64,000 nucleotides of DNA. It comes from Podarcis liolepis (Eukaryota). Positions 60,066 to 64,000 of this stretch are shown here, piece by piece (the stretch's first letter is position 1; each line of letters starts with the position of its first letter). The DNA lies in the NCBI GenBank assembly GCA_965112155.1, contig OZ218103.1; one strand, 5' to 3'. The notes under the pieces are model-generated. The model was given only the letters and a program-made list of their open reading frames with translations, ran no database searches and was not told where the DNA came from. Made by a program: the position numbers and the translations under genes.

Positions 60066-63000
60066 CTATCCACTTAAGATAAACTCTGCCTGGTTGGCAG
60101 ACTTAGTTCTATATTCAGGTACACACCTAGGTTTAACATTCTAGAAAACAGGCAACTCTTTCTTTTGTCAAATTACTGTTTCAACTTACACCCAAATGCT
60201 GTGCTTCTCAAAATCCTTAAGCAGTAAAAAGTTTAATTCTTCCTCTCCACTGAAAAAGAACACAAGAACATGGGCAGATTGAGGAAAACAGCTTAATAAT
60301 AAATCAGCTACTAGCCATCTTAATATGGTATGGGCCTTTCCAAAAGGCTCGTGATAATGTTGCTTTAGAGCAAGGTTATGGGTAAACTTGCAGAGAAGGG
60401 GGGAGGGAGGAATGCAGTGATGGCTTAAAAAAAAATTCGTTGCAGGCAATGTCAAATGCATATTCATGCTGCTGTTAACAGTAATATGCTTAACCTAATG
60501 CTGTGTGCAAGAATAGAATTTATTCCAGGGCTAGGAAACACAATCTTATTTGCAAGTTTACATGATAAACTTCCACTGCTGCAGCCCATCTTAGTATATT
60601 TTGTCAGCCATTAAAACCAAACCTTTTTGCCCTCGCCTGCAAACATGCCCTTTGCATAAGACAGCAGCCCAATGGGTAACAGTCAAGTAGTACTAACATT
60701 GCTACTTTCAGCAAGGTTTAAGGTAGGTCTATCTTTGTGGATCAGCACCTTCTTTCCCAGTAGTAGACTTACAAAGCTTACCAACTCATACTATATGATA
60801 GTTATGAAAATAAAGATGTTATGTTCAGTAGTGCATTTGTTGAACATCTTTGGTGCTTGCAGAAGCTCTATGTATAAAGTCCATTCTGCAGCTTTTAGCA
60901 TTTCTGTATCTGCGGGTGACAAGAAAATAAATATGAATGTGGCTTTAGAGGAATAATGGAAGGATTAATGAAAGATGATCAAACATCCATGACAAAAGTA
61001 CAGAGTCTTCCTAGTGTGCTCTCAAACATTAACTGAAGGCAAGTCCATTAAAACCACTCAAGTATAAAGTTTTAGAAATTTATAAGGGACCGCAACCCTT
61101 CTTTAAGGATTCCTTCCTGTGGCTACATTGTCCTTTTGTTGGACGGTGACTCATTTTTACAGCAGGAATTTTAAAGGTGAATCGTTTACTATCTTGCATA
61201 TTTTTAAAAAGAAAACTGCTTCATGCATGTATCTATAGAATACATTCACTTGTGGTAATCAGAGCAAAATCTTGAGATTGCTCGTGCCAATTGTCATCCT
61301 ACACAGAAAAGACAGGTGTACATACCTTAGGTGGAACTAATGTTCAAGGACTAGCCAGTTTTCTGTAATTGTCTGAAGATCCTGCCCACTTAGTGGCTCC
61401 CTGAGTCTCACTTTTACTTCTAGTTTCCCTCCAGTAGGCTTCCTGCCATCCAAAACCTAGACATAGAAGCAACATGACAAGTTTAACCACAAGAGACATA
61501 ACCTAGAGAACTGCAATTGGCTTTGAACATTCAATAGGGTTTTGGACTTCACTTGTGGCAGCTGTATGTATGGCAGGTGGGATCCAAAACAAAAAGTTCA
61601 GTGTGGATTGCTCAGTCATATCCTCTAGGATACTCTATTACATTCCCCTTCTCTCACTCCATGGAAAAAAAACGTGTTAGTCAGCATTTCCTGGCTGGTG
61701 AGCACATTTGGTCCTCTCATTGGGGTTTTTTTTGGGGGGGGTTGCAAAGGGGATTGTCTCGTGCCCGTAGGTTTTTTCCACTACAATACCCCCCCCCCCG
61801 CTACTTCTGCCAACCTTGGTGTTTCCCTGTAGCTGCTAGTACTGCTCCTTTTGTGGAGGGGGTGGGGGTGGCCAGACCACCAGCAGTGCTTATGTTGGAG
61901 CATCAAACAGGGAATGATACTGCAAAGTTTACATGGCCAAACAGTAGCATCATTGATTCTATTCAGATCCTGATTTGTCACAGGAAGCCAACCAACTACC
62001 CCGCCCCCCATTGATAGAAGTGGTTTTAATCTGTTGGGATAGCATCCCTTCTGGAGAGGATAAAATTGCCAAATGGTAGGCAAATAGGCAACATTTTAAA
62101 GTGGTTTAAAAAAATATGAAATGTAACTTTTCAGAATTGGATGAAATTTGCAAGAAGGTTTACCCTTTCTGAGGGCAGGAATTCCACCAAATTTCAGAAG
62201 CTGCAGCTGTTTCCCCAAAAGGCTAATAGGTAGAGCTTAGAGTGGATTAAAAAATCACTTAATATCCCTTGGGTTTTTTTGTGGGTAATTGGACTGAAAA
62301 TTGCTGACACAAAAGAGGTGCCAATGTATTAGGAAACCTGCCATATTATGACAAATAGAGCTAGGGGCTTTTCTGCTAAGCACCTTTTGGGGTGGGAAGA
62401 ACTAAAAGTAGGGGGACCTTCCAGGTAAAATATTTCCCTCTGATTCAAAGCTTGACATGTCAGCCACAATATAGCTCTCCTTTTCCCTGTTGCACAATCA
62501 AGTTTAGAGACATGACTTTTGCTTTCAGCACCATTTTCTAAAAATAACTGGCTGAGGTGTCACAAAGGCCTTTGGGGGTTCCTGCTTTGCCTAGGGAAAA
62601 AATCCCTCCAAGGCATCCCGTATCGCATGAGAAATTGGAATTAAGCTGAATATAATGTGTATCTCTAATATCTGAACGTAGGTACCACTTTTTTCAAAGT
62701 GGCACAGCACCAGTTGCAATGCATAAAAGCTAATTCTAGAGGTGTTTACATACACACAAGGGAGAGAGACTGTAACTGGATCTCTCCGCCACAGTCCAGT
62801 AGAAGCAAACTTGGCTCTCCAAGCTTCCCTACTCCTTTGCTGCCAGAATTCCTTGTGGTCATCGCTCTCTTCCTTTCCTTACAATTTTTGGGGAGCTATG
62901 TTGGTCAGCACACTATTTTTGTGCTACCCCCAACAACATCCTTGGAAAATTCTAGTTGTGCTCTAAGGAAGACCTCCATCCCCATAGGCAACCCTAGTTT

Positions 63001-63665
63001 CCAAGCACTTTTATATCAGCATATGGCACGTACAGCACCATCCTCATGGGAATGGATGAAAGCTGTGCAAGTAATGAAACTCCTATGAATGAGGAAAGCC
63101 AGTGCAGCATATCCTGTTTTACAAACACACTTTTAGCAGGACTACTGTGCAAAGAAGAAGAAAAAGGTAGTCCTTACCACAGCTTTCTGAGAACAAAAAA
63201 GGTACGGTACCTCAATAATTTCTCTGATTTCACATTCAAATTCCAGTTTGTCCAGTTTCAAGTGTGCTGTCCCCACTTGCTTGTCACTTCTGAAAAAGGA
63301 CCTGGAGAAGGGGAGGCATGTCAGTGCAAGATTCAGTTTCTTCTCCTAACTTCCACGATGGGAATCGGCAAAAGAACCCCAAAGACACCCAGGATCTCAA
63401 ATTGCAACACAGATCCTTCCCAACTCATACCTCCAAGGTTAAAAGCGGGTTATAATACCATTGTTCAGTAGTGCTACCAACAAAAGCCGTAGACAGGGGT
63501 CCAAAATATTTTGCACTGTATGAACTAGAGAGTAGAATGATGTTAAAATGAACAAAAATCGCTAGTGTTACGTTCAGTGATCAGACGTGTTTTAGGCTAA
63601 GGAAGCAACTGAATGGAATGACCTATTTATTCCCAAATATACCTAAAGATCATGGCTTGGTTCAC

Positions 63666-63804
63666 AAAAAAAAAAAAAAAAAAAACAGTGCAGAAGGGGA
63701 GGGGATTCCCAGGTGCACAGGGAAAAGGCCCGATGCATTTTGATGAAGGTCTTCAGCAGCACTGAGAGGCAAAATTGTAAACACAGCAGCAGCAGCAGCA
63801 GCAG
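63666..63804. repeat. Poly(A) run (about 63666-63685) and (CAG)7 (about 63784-63804)
   Basis: Read directly. Confidence 0.85.
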
Positions 63805-64000
63805 TGTGCTTCCTGCAGGCTCCCTCACTTTCAAGTGAGTACAGATTTGGAGGCAGAGCTTGCAGAAAAGCAGAGCAGTAGTGCTTCTCAGTGGCTCTGA
63901 AGACTTTCTTCAAAACATGTCAGGCCTAATAAACTATCTCCCTATGAGCCCTGCCCCCACCCCTTCTGTTAGGAGGAGCCACAGCAAGGCTTGAGCTTAT

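Noticed and set aside
61553-63913. ORFs of 100-153 aa near the right end as possible CC2D1B exons
   Set aside because: No DM14 or C2 domain similarity that I can recognise and no convincing splice sites.

Overview
Eukaryotic (vertebrate) genomic DNA, almost certainly from a squamate and probably a lacertid lizard, judged from the Sauria-type SINEs and the tRNA-Lys/CR1-tailed SINEs. The window holds: (i) the last two coding exons and 3' UTR of BTF3L4 (+); (ii) a CpG-island promoter at about 10.6-11.8 kb; (iii) the complete ZFYVE9 (SARA, Smad anchor for receptor activation) gene on +, with two putative leader exons and 17 coding exons (25070-57853, 4251 nt, 1416 aa, all GT-AG and phase-consistent), followed by a long 3' UTR; and (iv) a gene-free tail that may be the 3' UTR of a convergent gene (CC2D1B by amniote synteny; no coding exon seen). 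Introns carry many transposon insertions, several with intact TSDs or TIRs: Sauria SINEs, hAT and Tc1/mariner MITEs, and L1, L2, RTE, CR1 and Penelope fragments. The best leads are: a spliced 49-aa uORF across leader exons 1-2 plus an overlapping uORF, which may form a splicing-coupled translational switch; a minimal hammerhead ribozyme motif in a Penelope fragment, sense to a ZFYVE9 intron; a nested miR-17/miR-19/miR-130 site in the 3' UTR; inverted SINE pairs bracketing early exons; and a stop-free 207-nt intron. All calls come from reading the sequence by eye; no searches were run.
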